Shown here: positions 42,845 to 51,934 of the stretch, in pieces
Numbering within the stretch: the stretch's first letter is position 1
How the letters are laid out: every line of letters starts with the position of its first letter
From: an uncultured Clostridia bacterium
GTDB lineage: Bacteria; Bacillota; Clostridia; Christensenellales; CAAEEZ01
Assembly: GCA_934365195.1 (NCBI GenBank)
Contig: CAKRNA010000003.1
Coordinates: forward strand, 115,805-179,804
Reading direction: 5' to 3'
Length of the DNA stretch: 64,000 nucleotides
Made by a program: the position numbers and the translations under genes
Notes under the pieces: generated by a model
What the model saw: the letters and a program-made list of their open reading frames with translations, nothing else
Told to the model about the DNA's origin: nothing
Database searches by the model: none

Positions 42845-45800
42845 CTATCGCCTCTATAATCGTATCTTTCGTTACTTTACCAACTTTTCTGCCTTGCTCT
42901 TTATCAAACCCGCAAACGTTTTTGTAGCCACAATAATTGCAAGTGCCGTCGATTGGTGTAGCCAAGATATTGCCCTCTAATATTTGCTTGCAAGCGTTTT
43001 CTACCAAAGTGTTCACGTACCTACACACAAGTTCGAATTGCTTATCGCTAAGTACGTCTTCTGCTGCATACCGGTTAAATTCGCCGTCTTTTCTAACGCC
43101 AAGCCCGTCTATTAAAGTGCTTGTGCCTTTAAGCGCCGTATTGTCCACCATTTCCACAACGCTTTTATCCGAATTTGTGTTGCCCACGCTTTTTAGTCTT
43201 GATTGCAAAGGTTTGTTCGTTTCGTATACCATTTGTATCGGCTGGTAATACACCCCTGCCGGCTTAAACTGTGGGGTTTGTTTAAGTAGTGCGGATAGGT
43301 AGGTAAAAAGTTGTATCTTCTTGCCAAGGTACACGTTTTCAAAACTGCTGTCCACCTTGCCCGTCTTGTAATCTATTATGATTATTCTGTCCTCGCACTT
43401 ATCTATTCTGTCTATTTTGCCCACGAATTTCAGCGTTTTGTTTTTCACCTTTATTTCTATCGGGTTCACGCCGTTGCTACCAAACGAATACTCGAACTTG
43501 TACGGCCTAAACTTCGTGTATTTTAGCCTATCCACAAGGCACTTGCACACGACGACGCACTCTTTTCTTATCCTATTAAGTATCGCTTTGTTGCTCTTAT
43601 CCGCAACAGCCTGCATACGCTCGTCGCTTGCCAAAATATCGTCGATAATTTTGTTTACTACCCCTTCGATTTCCTCTTCGCTAAGTTTTAAATTTTCGTT
43701 ATCCTTAAAAAAGTTTTCAAGTACGCTGTGGATAATTACACCTATATCCATGCCCGTAAAGTCCGCCTCTTTTCTGTCCTTTAAGTTTAGTCCGTAGTCC
43801 ATAAAATGCATATACGGGCATTTGTAGTAGGTTTCGATTTGGCTTACGCTGGTAAAGTCACGCCTGAAAAACAGCCTTTCGCCACAATCTATTTTATAAA
43901 CTTTTTCCTGCTTTTCAAGGTTAAGTACTTCCAACTTTTCCTCGCCAGAAAGCGCCTCGAATATAGAATTTTTTAACTTCCTGCCTCTATATTCGTTAGG
44001 CTCTTGTTTTACAAGCATTCTAATAGCGTTTTCTTTGGTTGCAATCATAGACGGCGCAACGTCCAAATACTCGCTATAAGGCATATCCGCCTCGGCTTTT
44101 TCGATATCAAAGTTATGCCTTTTTACCTCAATATCAAACAAATTCGTCAGTTCCCTAAACACGTCCGACGGCGCTGTTCCTAGCGACTCGTTATAACTAA
44201 TTATCAGTTTTTTATCGCATGAAGCCAGTAGTTGCAAAGTTTTAAACAATGCGTCCACGTTGTTGGTTTTCGGCGTTGGGTACACTTGAATGCCGTTTTC
44301 TTGCATAATATCCGTTTCAAGCGTGGTAAGGATAACCGCATCCTTTTGTAAATGCGGCAATTCGCCCTGATTTGCCCCCAAAATAATTACGTTGTCCACC
44401 TTTTCAAACACGGTTACGTCGCTTTCTGCAACGTACACGCTGTCCACGTACACCGGAACAAGCCCTATCTCCATATCGCTAAGCATATTCTCTATCGTTT
44501 GCACAAAATCGCTTAAAGGCGCTTGTTCACCGCCCAAAATCTCCTCGTATTCGTCCAAAACTGCGTAAAGTTTGTCGTAGGCTTGGTGAGTAATAGGAAG
44601 GTAAAAGCCGTTTTTAAACTCCACCTGCTTATCCATAAACCTATTCGTATTATTAACAAAATCCGCATTAAACAAAAATTTCCTTACGCCGTCAAGATAA
44701 TTTTCGCTATCAAAAACACTAAGCGCACTTATAATTTTCGCCCTCACTTTTTCAGCGTTTTGATAAATTTTATCCTCTTTTCCTATGGTGAATTCCTTTT
44801 CAAACCTAGAATAGTTTATGCCGTATTTTAGGATATAATTGTCAAAATCGTCGTACTCGTCAACGCTAATTTCGTAGTACGGGTTTAGAGCAAGTTTCAG
44901 CATATACCCCTTTTCGTAGCCGCTTTGCTTTGCCTTTATCGAGTCAAGCACAAACCTAATTGACGCTTGGGACAAAGCCTCTTCTTTTTTGTTTATAAAA
45001 AACGGCACGTCGTAGCGTGAAAAAATCTTTTTAACTATCGGAGTGTAGGTATCAACGCTACTAACAAACACCGAAAAATCCCTGTACCTTGCGCCGTGCA
45101 TCACCGCATATTTGATTTTTTGGGCTGCAAATTCCACCTCTTTTTCAACGTTTTCGCTAGCGTATAATTCCACCTTATCCGTGGCGGTTTTTTCCGCTTT
45201 TTCGTAGCCGAACACGTTGTCTATTATCTTTTCAAAGTCCTTATCAATCAAAGTTTCAGCCACTTCAACTTCACATTTTACGCCCACGTTTTTTGCCACG
45301 TTTTGAAGGTTGAAATAGGTATTTGCGGGGAAAAGTCTACTATTTGCCCCGTCCGACATAGGCAAACCGACGGTTACGCCCTTGCTAAATTTAAGTAGTT
45401 TTTCAATGGTGGTAAGTTGTATTTTTGAAAAAAAGTAATAATCAAGCACGTAAAAATAACAATCGTTAAAATATCCGCCCTCGTCAAGCATTTCGTTAAA
45501 CTTTTCCAGTAGACTGGTGGCGTCGTTATATTCGTTTTCAAGTAAGTTTTCGTACTCTTTGTAAAGCACGGCAATATCGTGCATTTTTAGTTTGCTATTT
45601 GTAGGAAGTTCCAAATCAAGAAGGCTGTTTGCCGAAACTTTGCTATTTCTTAATGCGGATATTACCGAGTACATCTCCTTGTAAAAGCCGGTGTAACGCT
45701 TACTACTTGCGTACTTTTTTAGGTCGTCACGCCTTAAAACTGCCTTGGTAAACAGCATCAAACTACCGGCAGGCGACAAAACCTTGCTAGTTGACTTCAC

Positions 45801-46016
45801 GCTTTTTTTGGCAAGTCTACTAAGCGAGGTAATTTCAAGGTTGTCCACTCCGCTCTCGTTTAATAAATCAAATATGATTTTTTCGCCGGACAAAGTGAAC
45901 TGCTCAGGCACAAGTACGATATGCCTAACGTTTTTTTCGTTTAGGCTTTTTTTAAGATTATCTATCACCCCTTTCGTCGCCGAATAAAAGGTTTTTGCTT
46001 CTACAATTTTTAACAT
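42834..46016 (-). CDS. addB: helicase-exonuclease AddAB, subunit B
   Basis: 1060 aa. It has a degenerate helicase-like N-terminus and a C-terminal nuclease (IDRIDK...IIDYKTGK). Fe-S staple cysteines are present (YYKCPYMHF ... CNYCGYKNVC). It overlaps addA by 11 nt. Confidence 0.9.
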   Translation of the reverse strand: MLKIVEAKTFYSATKGVIDNLKKSLNEKNVRHIVLVPEQFTLSGEKIIFDLLNESGVDNLEITSLSRLAKKSVKSTSKVLSPAGSLMLFTKAVLRRDDLKKYASSKRYTGFYKEMYSVISALRNSKVSANSLLDLELPTNSKLKMHDIAVLYKEYENLLENEYNDATSLLEKFNEMLDEGGYFNDCYFYVLDYYFFSKIQLTTIEKLLKFSKGVTVGLPMSDGANSRLFPANTYFNLQNVAKNVGVKCEVEVAETLIDKDFEKIIDNVFGYEKAEKTATDKVELYASENVEKEVEFAAQKIKYAVMHGARYRDFSVFVSSVDTYTPIVKKIFSRYDVPFFINKKEEALSQASIRFVLDSIKAKQSGYEKGYMLKLALNPYYEISVDEYDDFDNYILKYGINYSRFEKEFTIGKEDKIYQNAEKVRAKIISALSVFDSENYLDGVRKFLFNADFVNNTNRFMDKQVEFKNGFYLPITHQAYDKLYAVLDEYEEILGGEQAPLSDFVQTIENMLSDMEIGLVPVYVDSVYVAESDVTVFEKVDNVIILGANQGELPHLQKDAVILTTLETDIMQENGIQVYPTPKTNNVDALFKTLQLLASCDKKLIISYNESLGTAPSDVFRELTNLFDIEVKRHNFDIEKAEADMPYSEYLDVAPSMIATKENAIRMLVKQEPNEYRGRKLKNSIFEALSGEEKLEVLNLEKQEKVYKIDCGERLFFRRDFTSVSQIETYYKCPYMHFMDYGLNLKDRKEADFTGMDIGVIIHSVLENFFKDNENLKLSEEEIEGVVNKIIDDILASDERMQAVADKSNKAILNRIRKECVVVCKCLVDRLKYTKFRPYKFEYSFGSNGVNPIEIKVKNKTLKFVGKIDRIDKCEDRIIIIDYKTGKVDSSFENVYLGKKIQLFTYLSALLKQTPQFKPAGVYYQPIQMVYETNKPLQSRLKSVGNTNSDKSVVEMVDNTALKGTSTLIDGLGVRKDGEFNRYAAEDVLSDKQFELVCRYVNTLVENACKQILEGNILATPIDGTCNYCGYKNVCGFDKEQGRKVGKVTKDTIIEAIDER

Positions 46017-46140
46017 ATTTTCCTCTTATATTATATTATCATATTTTATAATCAAATTGAACATTAAAAAGTACTTTTTATGACGCTATAAATATTTGTT
46101 AAATTTTGAAAGTTGTGGTATAATCGATTTTGAGGTAATT

Positions 46141-47055
46141 ATGAAAAAATCATTTAAATTAGTAATATTAGTAGTTTTAGTACTATCTATAGGGGTGTTT
46201 GCTTTCACAGGCTGTTCTTCCACCCCGTACCAAAAGTTCCTTAACACAAACTGGGATAAGGACTACAAGGAAGTAGCCACCTACGACTACACCTTTGAAA
46301 AGGGCGAAACAAAAGTAACAGGCACTCTTACCACCACTATCTACCAAATTAGCGAGAAAAACGGCACTTTCAAGGTGGGAAGTAAAAAGTTTAGCGGTGA
46401 GAAAAGCGGCACGTATTATAAGTACGAACTTATCGCAGATAACGGTGACTACGTAAAAGCCGAAGTTTTCTTTAAAAGCGAGACTAATAGAATTTATATG
46501 CCACAAGCAAGTTATATGGAAAGAAAGGACAACGGCAAAGTGCAATCACTTGAACTTGTGTACTCTGCCGACACGGTAAAAGCAACCTCAAAAGTAAACG
46601 ACGTTGTTACCACCACTACCCAAAAAGTTGCTAAAAAGAACCTTGTTTTTGACAATGCTGAACTACACGCAGTAGCAAGAACGCTAAACTTTACCCAAAA
46701 CGGCACGCTATCTTTTGAAACGCCTATCTTCGCTAACGGCGAGGTGTTCGTTAAATCTATAGCAATGGGCAAAACCACCACCGTTAAGCACAACGTAGAG
46801 CCAAAGAAAGATGGCGAGGTGAAGGACAAAACCTACGAGTTTATTAACGAAGGCAAGGAGTTTACCGCTGCTGTCGTTCTTCTAACTATCAACGAAAAGC
46901 CAAGCGGCTTGCCACAAACCATTCAAGTTGCTAGCGGCGAAGTTAAAATCGGCGGAAAGACTTTTAATCAACCTGTAATTAAAATTGAGGAAGGCAACAA
47001 AGAAAAGGGCAAATCAACCTACGTACTAAAAAATATTGTAAAAGAAGATCTATAA
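46141..47055 (+). CDS. lipoprotein of unknown function
   Basis: I moved the start to ATG 46141 (MKKSFKLVILVVLVLSIGVFAFTGC lipobox, SD tGAGGtaatt). An extended -10 TGGTATAAT at 46116-46124 lies inside the track's longer ORF. The mature part is K/T/E-rich and probably beta-rich, with no recognisable motif. Confidence 0.65.
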   Translation: MKKSFKLVILVVLVLSIGVFAFTGCSSTPYQKFLNTNWDKDYKEVATYDYTFEKGETKVTGTLTTTIYQISEKNGTFKVGSKKFSGEKSGTYYKYELIADNGDYVKAEVFFKSETNRIYMPQASYMERKDNGKVQSLELVYSADTVKATSKVNDVVTTTTQKVAKKNLVFDNAELHAVARTLNFTQNGTLSFETPIFANGEVFVKSIAMGKTTTVKHNVEPKKDGEVKDKTYEFINEGKEFTAAVVLLTINEKPSGLPQTIQVASGEVKIGGKTFNQPVIKIEEGNKEKGKSTYVLKNIVKEDL

Positions 47056-47080
47056 TTTCATTCTAATTTAACAAAAATAC

Positions 47081-47113
47081 AGTACCTTGTAACTTTTGCA
47101 AGGTACTTTTTTT
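47081..47113 (+). terminator. intrinsic terminator after the lipoprotein gene
   Basis: AGUACCUUG-UAACUUUUG-CAAGGUACU followed by U7. Confidence 0.8.
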
Positions 47114-47156
47114 ATGGCTTTTTTGCGGCTTTCTTGTTTTTGCATATAAGCGACTT

Positions 47157-47282
47157 TTAGCACGGTTTTAGCACAACTTCTTCCTAGGTATGCGGTTATT
47201 AGCACGGTTTTTTTACAACTTCTTCCTAATTATGCTGTTTTTAGCACAGTCTTTTTACAACTTTTACCTAGGTATTCTGATT
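47157..47282. repeat. 3 x 42-bp imperfect head-to-tail tandem repeat in an intergenic spacer
   Basis: Unit 1 (47157-47198): TTAGCACGGTTTTAGCACAACTTCTTCCTAGGTATGCGGTTA. Unit 2 (47199-47240): TTAGCACGGTTTTTTTACAACTTCTTCCTAATTATGCTGTTT. Unit 3 (47241-47282): TTAGCACAGTCTTTTTACAACTTTTACCTAGGTATTCTGATT. Roughly 75-85% pairwise identity by eye. Confidence 0.85.
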
Positions 47283-47517
47283 GTTTTAATACTGAATAAT
47301 ATAAAAAACCATATATGCTCTCTTACAAAAGTGCGTGTCCGCTACGCTAATTGATAAATTGCATACCGTCGTTTAAAAGAGCGATAAAGATTAAATTTAT
47401 CCTTTTAGCACTAATAAATGCTCCTAAGCGGTCTTTTGCTTTCATTTGTAATTTACTGTCTGCTTAATAACATCGCAAAAATTTAATATTTATTTTAATT
47501 TTGCATATATTTATTTT

Positions 47518-48417
47518 ATGGAATTGTATTTTGAAAAGCCAAAAAATGCCGTGATAAAAATTGACGGCAACATAATTTTTGAGTTTCCGCACGTAGTAAG
47601 TTACAAAAAACCGCTGGTTATCGAATATTTACCCGTAACAAGCGATTTTTACCCTTTTACAAGGCTAATCAAGGTAAAAGGCGGCAAGGTTGTAACAAAA
47701 AAAGAACTTTCGCTCACCTTGTATCGCCACGACCTAATAGGCATAGGCTACCTACCAAAAATCAACAATGGTTGCGTGATTGAAACGTTGCAAAAACTCA
47801 GCACCCCTACAATAAACGTGGCGCTAATTAGAACGAATACCTATAACGTGGTTTTTTACGACAAAAGCGTGAAAAAAATAATAACCCTGCCCGACTACGT
47901 AAAATTTCCTAAGGCAGAGTTGTTTAACGACAAACTCGTAATTCTTGCGCTAACAGTATTCGATAGTAGATATTTTGCGGTAATTTCCTTAGACGACTAC
48001 GAAGTAAAACTAAGTAGAACGTGCGACGAGATAGTCGCAAACCAAGATATTATCCTCTCCGAAAAAACAAACGACAGCATAGGCAGGCGGATAAACTACA
48101 CCTACAATTACTTCGATTTGTCGCTACAAAGCGTTACGTTCACCTACGAAAACGAGGAAAACGAGAAAAACACTAGCCTTGGGAGGCTGTTTTTAGAGGC
48201 GTACGTTTCTTTTGACCAAGACAAAATAAACAAGTACTGCGTTGCGCCCATTCCGTTAACTACTCTTAACGAGTACTTTGGCGATATAGTGCTTATTACC
48301 CCGCCGTTTGACACTTCAAAAACGCTAATAGGCTACGTAACTAACAACGTAACCATAGTAAAAAGCGTTGATTTCACAATTAAAAACGACAAAATCGACA
48401 ACTTTAACGTGGAATAA
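47518..48417 (+). CDS. hypothetical cytoplasmic protein (orphan, no recognisable domain)
   Basis: An uninterrupted 299-codon ORF in AT-rich DNA argues for coding. There is no signal peptide, TM or motif I recognise, and no SD upstream of the ATG (gcatatatttattttATG), so the start and expression are uncertain. Confidence 0.5.
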   Translation: MELYFEKPKNAVIKIDGNIIFEFPHVVSYKKPLVIEYLPVTSDFYPFTRLIKVKGGKVVTKKELSLTLYRHDLIGIGYLPKINNGCVIETLQKLSTPTINVALIRTNTYNVVFYDKSVKKIITLPDYVKFPKAELFNDKLVILALTVFDSRYFAVISLDDYEVKLSRTCDEIVANQDIILSEKTNDSIGRRINYTYNYFDLSLQSVTFTYENEENEKNTSLGRLFLEAYVSFDQDKINKYCVAPIPLTTLNEYFGDIVLITPPFDTSKTLIGYVTNNVTIVKSVDFTIKNDKIDNFNVE

Positions 48418-48436
48418 CTTTTACAATATTTTGGCT

Positions 48437-49057
48437 TTATTTCAAGCCGATTTCACGGCAAAGTTCTTCAAGACTCTTTTTTGGAGTAAGCGCTTCCTTG
48501 TAGTCAAACTGCTCGTCCAGTTCTTGTATTTGGCTTTTAAGTTCACTAACCAGCCTATCCGCTTGCTCCTCTTGAAGCCTATTTATTCTTTCGCTTTCTT
48601 GGTCGAATTGTATTTGCTCGTCAGCCTCAAGTTGCGGTAATATAATATTTAATCGTCCTAATTTGTCGATTAAAGTCTGTTTTGTGCTAATTACAAGGCT
48701 TTCCATATTATTTACGTCCTTGTCGAAGTGGTACTTATTTTTTAGTTCTTCGTAGCAATTCGTCCACTTTGCTTGAAATATTTTCAGCCTTTCTATTTCT
48801 AGTGCGTACTGCGTTTTTAGTTCGCTTTCAATATCGCCCGCCCTTTTTGTAGCCTCGGTCAAGGTGCGTTCTATTAGTTTCTCTTTTTTCTTGTATTCCC
48901 TAAGTTCTTCGCTTAGTTTCTCGTTTTGCTCTTTAAGTTCGTCTATTCTTTCCTTTTGCTCCTCGGTTACGCTTGCAAAATTATCGTTAAGTTTGGTCAA
49001 AAACGCATTTACTTCCTTTTCGTCGTATCCTCGAATAGCCCTTTTAAAACCTTCCAT
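48437..49057 (-). CDS. DivIVA domain-containing coiled-coil protein
   Basis: 206 aa. The N-terminal FKRAIRGYDEKEVNAFLTKL is the DivIVA lipid-binding domain signature. The rest is E/K/Q-rich coiled coil. SD GGGGGAAtt. Confidence 0.85.
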   Translation of the reverse strand: MEGFKRAIRGYDEKEVNAFLTKLNDNFASVTEEQKERIDELKEQNEKLSEELREYKKKEKLIERTLTEATKRAGDIESELKTQYALEIERLKIFQAKWTNCYEELKNKYHFDKDVNNMESLVISTKQTLIDKLGRLNIILPQLEADEQIQFDQESERINRLQEEQADRLVSELKSQIQELDEQFDYKEALTPKKSLEELCREIGLK

Positions 49058-49066
49058 AATTCCCCC

Positions 49067-49100
49067 AAAAAAAATATAGTCGCAATAATTACGACTATAT
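49067..49100 (-). terminator. intrinsic terminator after pncB, directly abutting the divIVA-like gene SD
   Basis: Minus-strand AUAUAGUCG-UAAUUAUUG-CGACUAUAU (9 bp, perfect) followed by U7, then GGGGGAAUUAUG. Confidence 0.75.
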
Positions 49101-49138
49101 TATATCTTTTGTTTTTATTCTTTTTTTGGAATATTTTG

Positions 49139-50566
49139 TTAGTTTTTGTGTGCCTTTGTCAATAATTCTTGTTTTAGGTTGTAAAGTTTATCGGATAAGT
49201 CCACTTTGTATTTGTGAGGGTACATAAGCCTGCGATATTCAGGGTAGAACTCGTCGATAGACTTTTTAGCGTACTCCCCAACCTCTTTTAAAGTAGGGAA
49301 CTTGTACACAACCTCGCCGCCCTTTATCACGTCTACCATAAGGTCACGAGTGGTAAAATCGGTGTAAGTGGTTTGTTTCCACGTGTCGTCCGGATCAAAA
49401 ATGGTAAGCGGTTTGGTGTTGTCGAACGTTTCGTCCTTAAAGCAAATCAAATCTGCCCTTGCCATACCGTTCTCGTCGAAAATTCTAACGATTTTCTTTA
49501 ATCCCGGGTTGGTGATTTTCTCCTTTGTGTCGCTAATTTTCATTTTAGGGGTGAACTTACCGTCCGCCTCGATACCTGCTAATTTGTACACACCGCCAAG
49601 GCTTGGGTTGTCGTAACTGGTAATTAGTTTCGTGCCTATGCCGTAAATATCGATTTTTGCGCCTTGAATATGCAACGATTCCAAAATGTTCTCGTCAATA
49701 TCGCCGCTTGCAAAGATTTTAGCATCGGTATGTCCTGCCTTATCCAGCATTTTTCTTGCCTCTTTTGATAGGTAAGCAAGGTCGCCGGAGTCCAGCCTAA
49801 TACCTAGCGGTTTATGTCCTGCCGCTTTAAGTTCGTCAAACACTTTGATTGCGTTAGGCACGCCTTGTTTTAGTGTGTCGTATGTGTCCACAAGCAACAA
49901 GCAACCGTCAGGATTTTGCTTTGCGTACTCTCTAAATGCGGTGATTTCGTCAGGGAAACTCATTACCCAACTGTGAGCAATAGTGCCTTTAACAGGAATA
50001 TCGAACAACTTACCTGCAAGCACGTTACTGGTTGAACCGCAGCCACCGACGAACGACGCACGAGTGCCGTAAATACCTGCGTCAGGACCTTGCGCTCTTC
50101 TTAGCCCGAACTCCGAGATATTAGCACCGTAAGCGCTATCCACAATCCTCCTTGATTTTGTAGCAATTAGCGTTTGATGGTTGATAATATTTAATATCGC
50201 CGTCTCCAAGAATTGAGCCTCGAACATAGGCGCTTTAACCGTCAAAATAGGCTCGTACGGGAACACAACCGTTCCTTCAGGAACTGCGTACACGTCGCCG
50301 CTGAACTTAAAATTCTCTAATTTCTTCAAAAACTCCTCGGAAAAAGCGTTTAAACTACGCAAGTAGTCGACGTCTTCTTTGGTAAATTTGATATTCGTTA
50401 TCCATTCCACCGCTTGTTCTAGTCCGCAAGCGATTGCTTTGTTTAGCCCTTTTGCGTTTCTGTAAAAAATATCAAACACGCCGATATGGTCTTCTGTGCC
50501 ACATTCAAGATAACCGTTCATCATTGTAAGTTGATAAAAGTCGGTAAGTAAAGTTAAATCTCTCAT
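49139..50566 (-). CDS. pncB: nicotinate phosphoribosyltransferase
   Basis: The start is set at ATG 50566 (MRDLTLLTDFYQLTMMNGY, SD AAGGTGGaattata). The track's longer form begins at an upstream TTG. It is a full-length NAPRTase-like sequence, and its ATG overlaps the galK TAA (TAATG). Confidence 0.9.
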   Translation of the reverse strand: MRDLTLLTDFYQLTMMNGYLECGTEDHIGVFDIFYRNAKGLNKAIACGLEQAVEWITNIKFTKEDVDYLRSLNAFSEEFLKKLENFKFSGDVYAVPEGTVVFPYEPILTVKAPMFEAQFLETAILNIINHQTLIATKSRRIVDSAYGANISEFGLRRAQGPDAGIYGTRASFVGGCGSTSNVLAGKLFDIPVKGTIAHSWVMSFPDEITAFREYAKQNPDGCLLLVDTYDTLKQGVPNAIKVFDELKAAGHKPLGIRLDSGDLAYLSKEARKMLDKAGHTDAKIFASGDIDENILESLHIQGAKIDIYGIGTKLITSYDNPSLGGVYKLAGIEADGKFTPKMKISDTKEKITNPGLKKIVRIFDENGMARADLICFKDETFDNTKPLTIFDPDDTWKQTTYTDFTTRDLMVDVIKGGEVVYKFPTLKEVGEYAKKSIDEFYPEYRRLMYPHKYKVDLSDKLYNLKQELLTKAHKN

Positions 50567-51831
50567 TATAATTCCACCTTGCAAGCCCCGTTTTCACGAA
50601 TGCTCATAACAAAAATATTTTTCTCTCCAAATAATGCTTTCATTTTTTCCGAGTAATTATCTACTGCGGATTTTTCAACGTAACTTATAATTGTGCCCGC
50701 AAATCCACCGCCGTGAACCCTAGACGCTCTCACTCCCTCTATCGTTTTAGAGTAGTTTACTCCAAGGGATATCAGTTCCTCGTAGTCGCCGTCCACTCTG
50801 TAATTTTGTAGTTTCGTTTCGCTGCTTAACCCTGAGGAAGCAATCATATTGCAAAACGCAGTTTCGTCGCCACTAATAATCGATTTAACAGCCTCGTCCA
50901 CCCTGTCGTTTTCCTCAAAATAGTGCATAGCACGAAGAATTGCCCTTCCGCTGAATTGTTGCTTTAACTTAACGATATTTGCGTAAAACTCTTGTTTAGA
51001 CACTTCTCTAAGCACTTTTTTATCAAAATAATTAGCAATTTCTTCCATTTCAAACCTAATCGATGCGTAAGCGTCGGTCAAGTTAGAGTGGTTGCCGCCC
51101 GTGTTTACCACAACGATGGCAAGATTGTCAAAACTCCAATGGTAATGCTTGATTTCAGGGGTTACGGTGCTTTTAAAGTCAATAAACGACACACCGCCAA
51201 GAGCAATAGCCGATTGATCTAGTAGCCCACACGGTTTGTTAAAGTAAATATTTTCGGCGTATTGACTTGCCTTTGCCTTTTCTACGTCCGACACTTTGCC
51301 GTCGTTAAAGAACACGTTAAGTATCTCGGCAATTAGCACCTCGAAAGAAGAGGAAGAACTTACGCCTGCGCCCTTAAATACGTCGCTTACGGCGTTTGCA
51401 TTAAAGCCGCCGACATTGTAGCCGTTATTAACGAAGTAGTTTACTACGCCCCTTACAAGCGCCACGCTTTTGCCGTACTCGTCAGCCCTAACCTTAGTGT
51501 CTTTTACGTCCACTAGCATTGCAGGGTATCCTTCAGACCTAAAACTGATTACGTCGCTATTGTTCACGCTGGCAACAGCCAAAGTATCCACGCTGATTGC
51601 GCCTGCCAAAACTTTGCCGTTATTGTGGTCGGTGTGGTTACCGATAATTTCTATCCTACCGGGAGAAGAAAAAAACGTACCTTCCTCGCCAAATTCACTT
51701 TTGTGTAAAGCGTACAAATCCGCAAATCTTTTCGCTTGCTCACCGATTTTGCTGTCGCCGTACAAACTTTTTACGGTTTTAGCAAAATTCTCGTCGGTTA
51801 ATAATTCACTTTCTTTAATTTTTATTGCCAT
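50566..51831 (-). CDS. galK: galactokinase (GHMP kinase family)
   Basis: The start is set at ATG 51831 (MAIKIKESELL, SD tGAGGTagaa). The promoter -10 TGATATAAT lies inside the track's TTG-initiated extension. Galactokinase signature GRIEIIGNHTDHNNG, and GHMP motif GAGVSSSSSFEV. Confidence 0.85.
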   Translation of the reverse strand: MAIKIKESELLTDENFAKTVKSLYGDSKIGEQAKRFADLYALHKSEFGEEGTFFSSPGRIEIIGNHTDHNNGKVLAGAISVDTLAVASVNNSDVISFRSEGYPAMLVDVKDTKVRADEYGKSVALVRGVVNYFVNNGYNVGGFNANAVSDVFKGAGVSSSSSFEVLIAEILNVFFNDGKVSDVEKAKASQYAENIYFNKPCGLLDQSAIALGGVSFIDFKSTVTPEIKHYHWSFDNLAIVVVNTGGNHSNLTDAYASIRFEMEEIANYFDKKVLREVSKQEFYANIVKLKQQFSGRAILRAMHYFEENDRVDEAVKSIISGDETAFCNMIASSGLSSETKLQNYRVDGDYEELISLGVNYSKTIEGVRASRVHGGGFAGTIISYVEKSAVDNYSEKMKALFGEKNIFVMSIRENGACKVEL

Positions 51832-51934
51832 TTCTACCTCAATAGAGTATAATTTATTTAACGTTATTATATCACGATATACAAAGTAACGCAATCATTT
51901 ATCAAAACGAGAGTATTTATAAAGAGGAATTAAA

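Noticed and set aside
47157-47282. Possible CRISPR array.
   Set aside because: The three 42-bp units are directly contiguous with no unique spacers and diverge from one another. No cas genes or leader are present, so I call it a tandem repeat.
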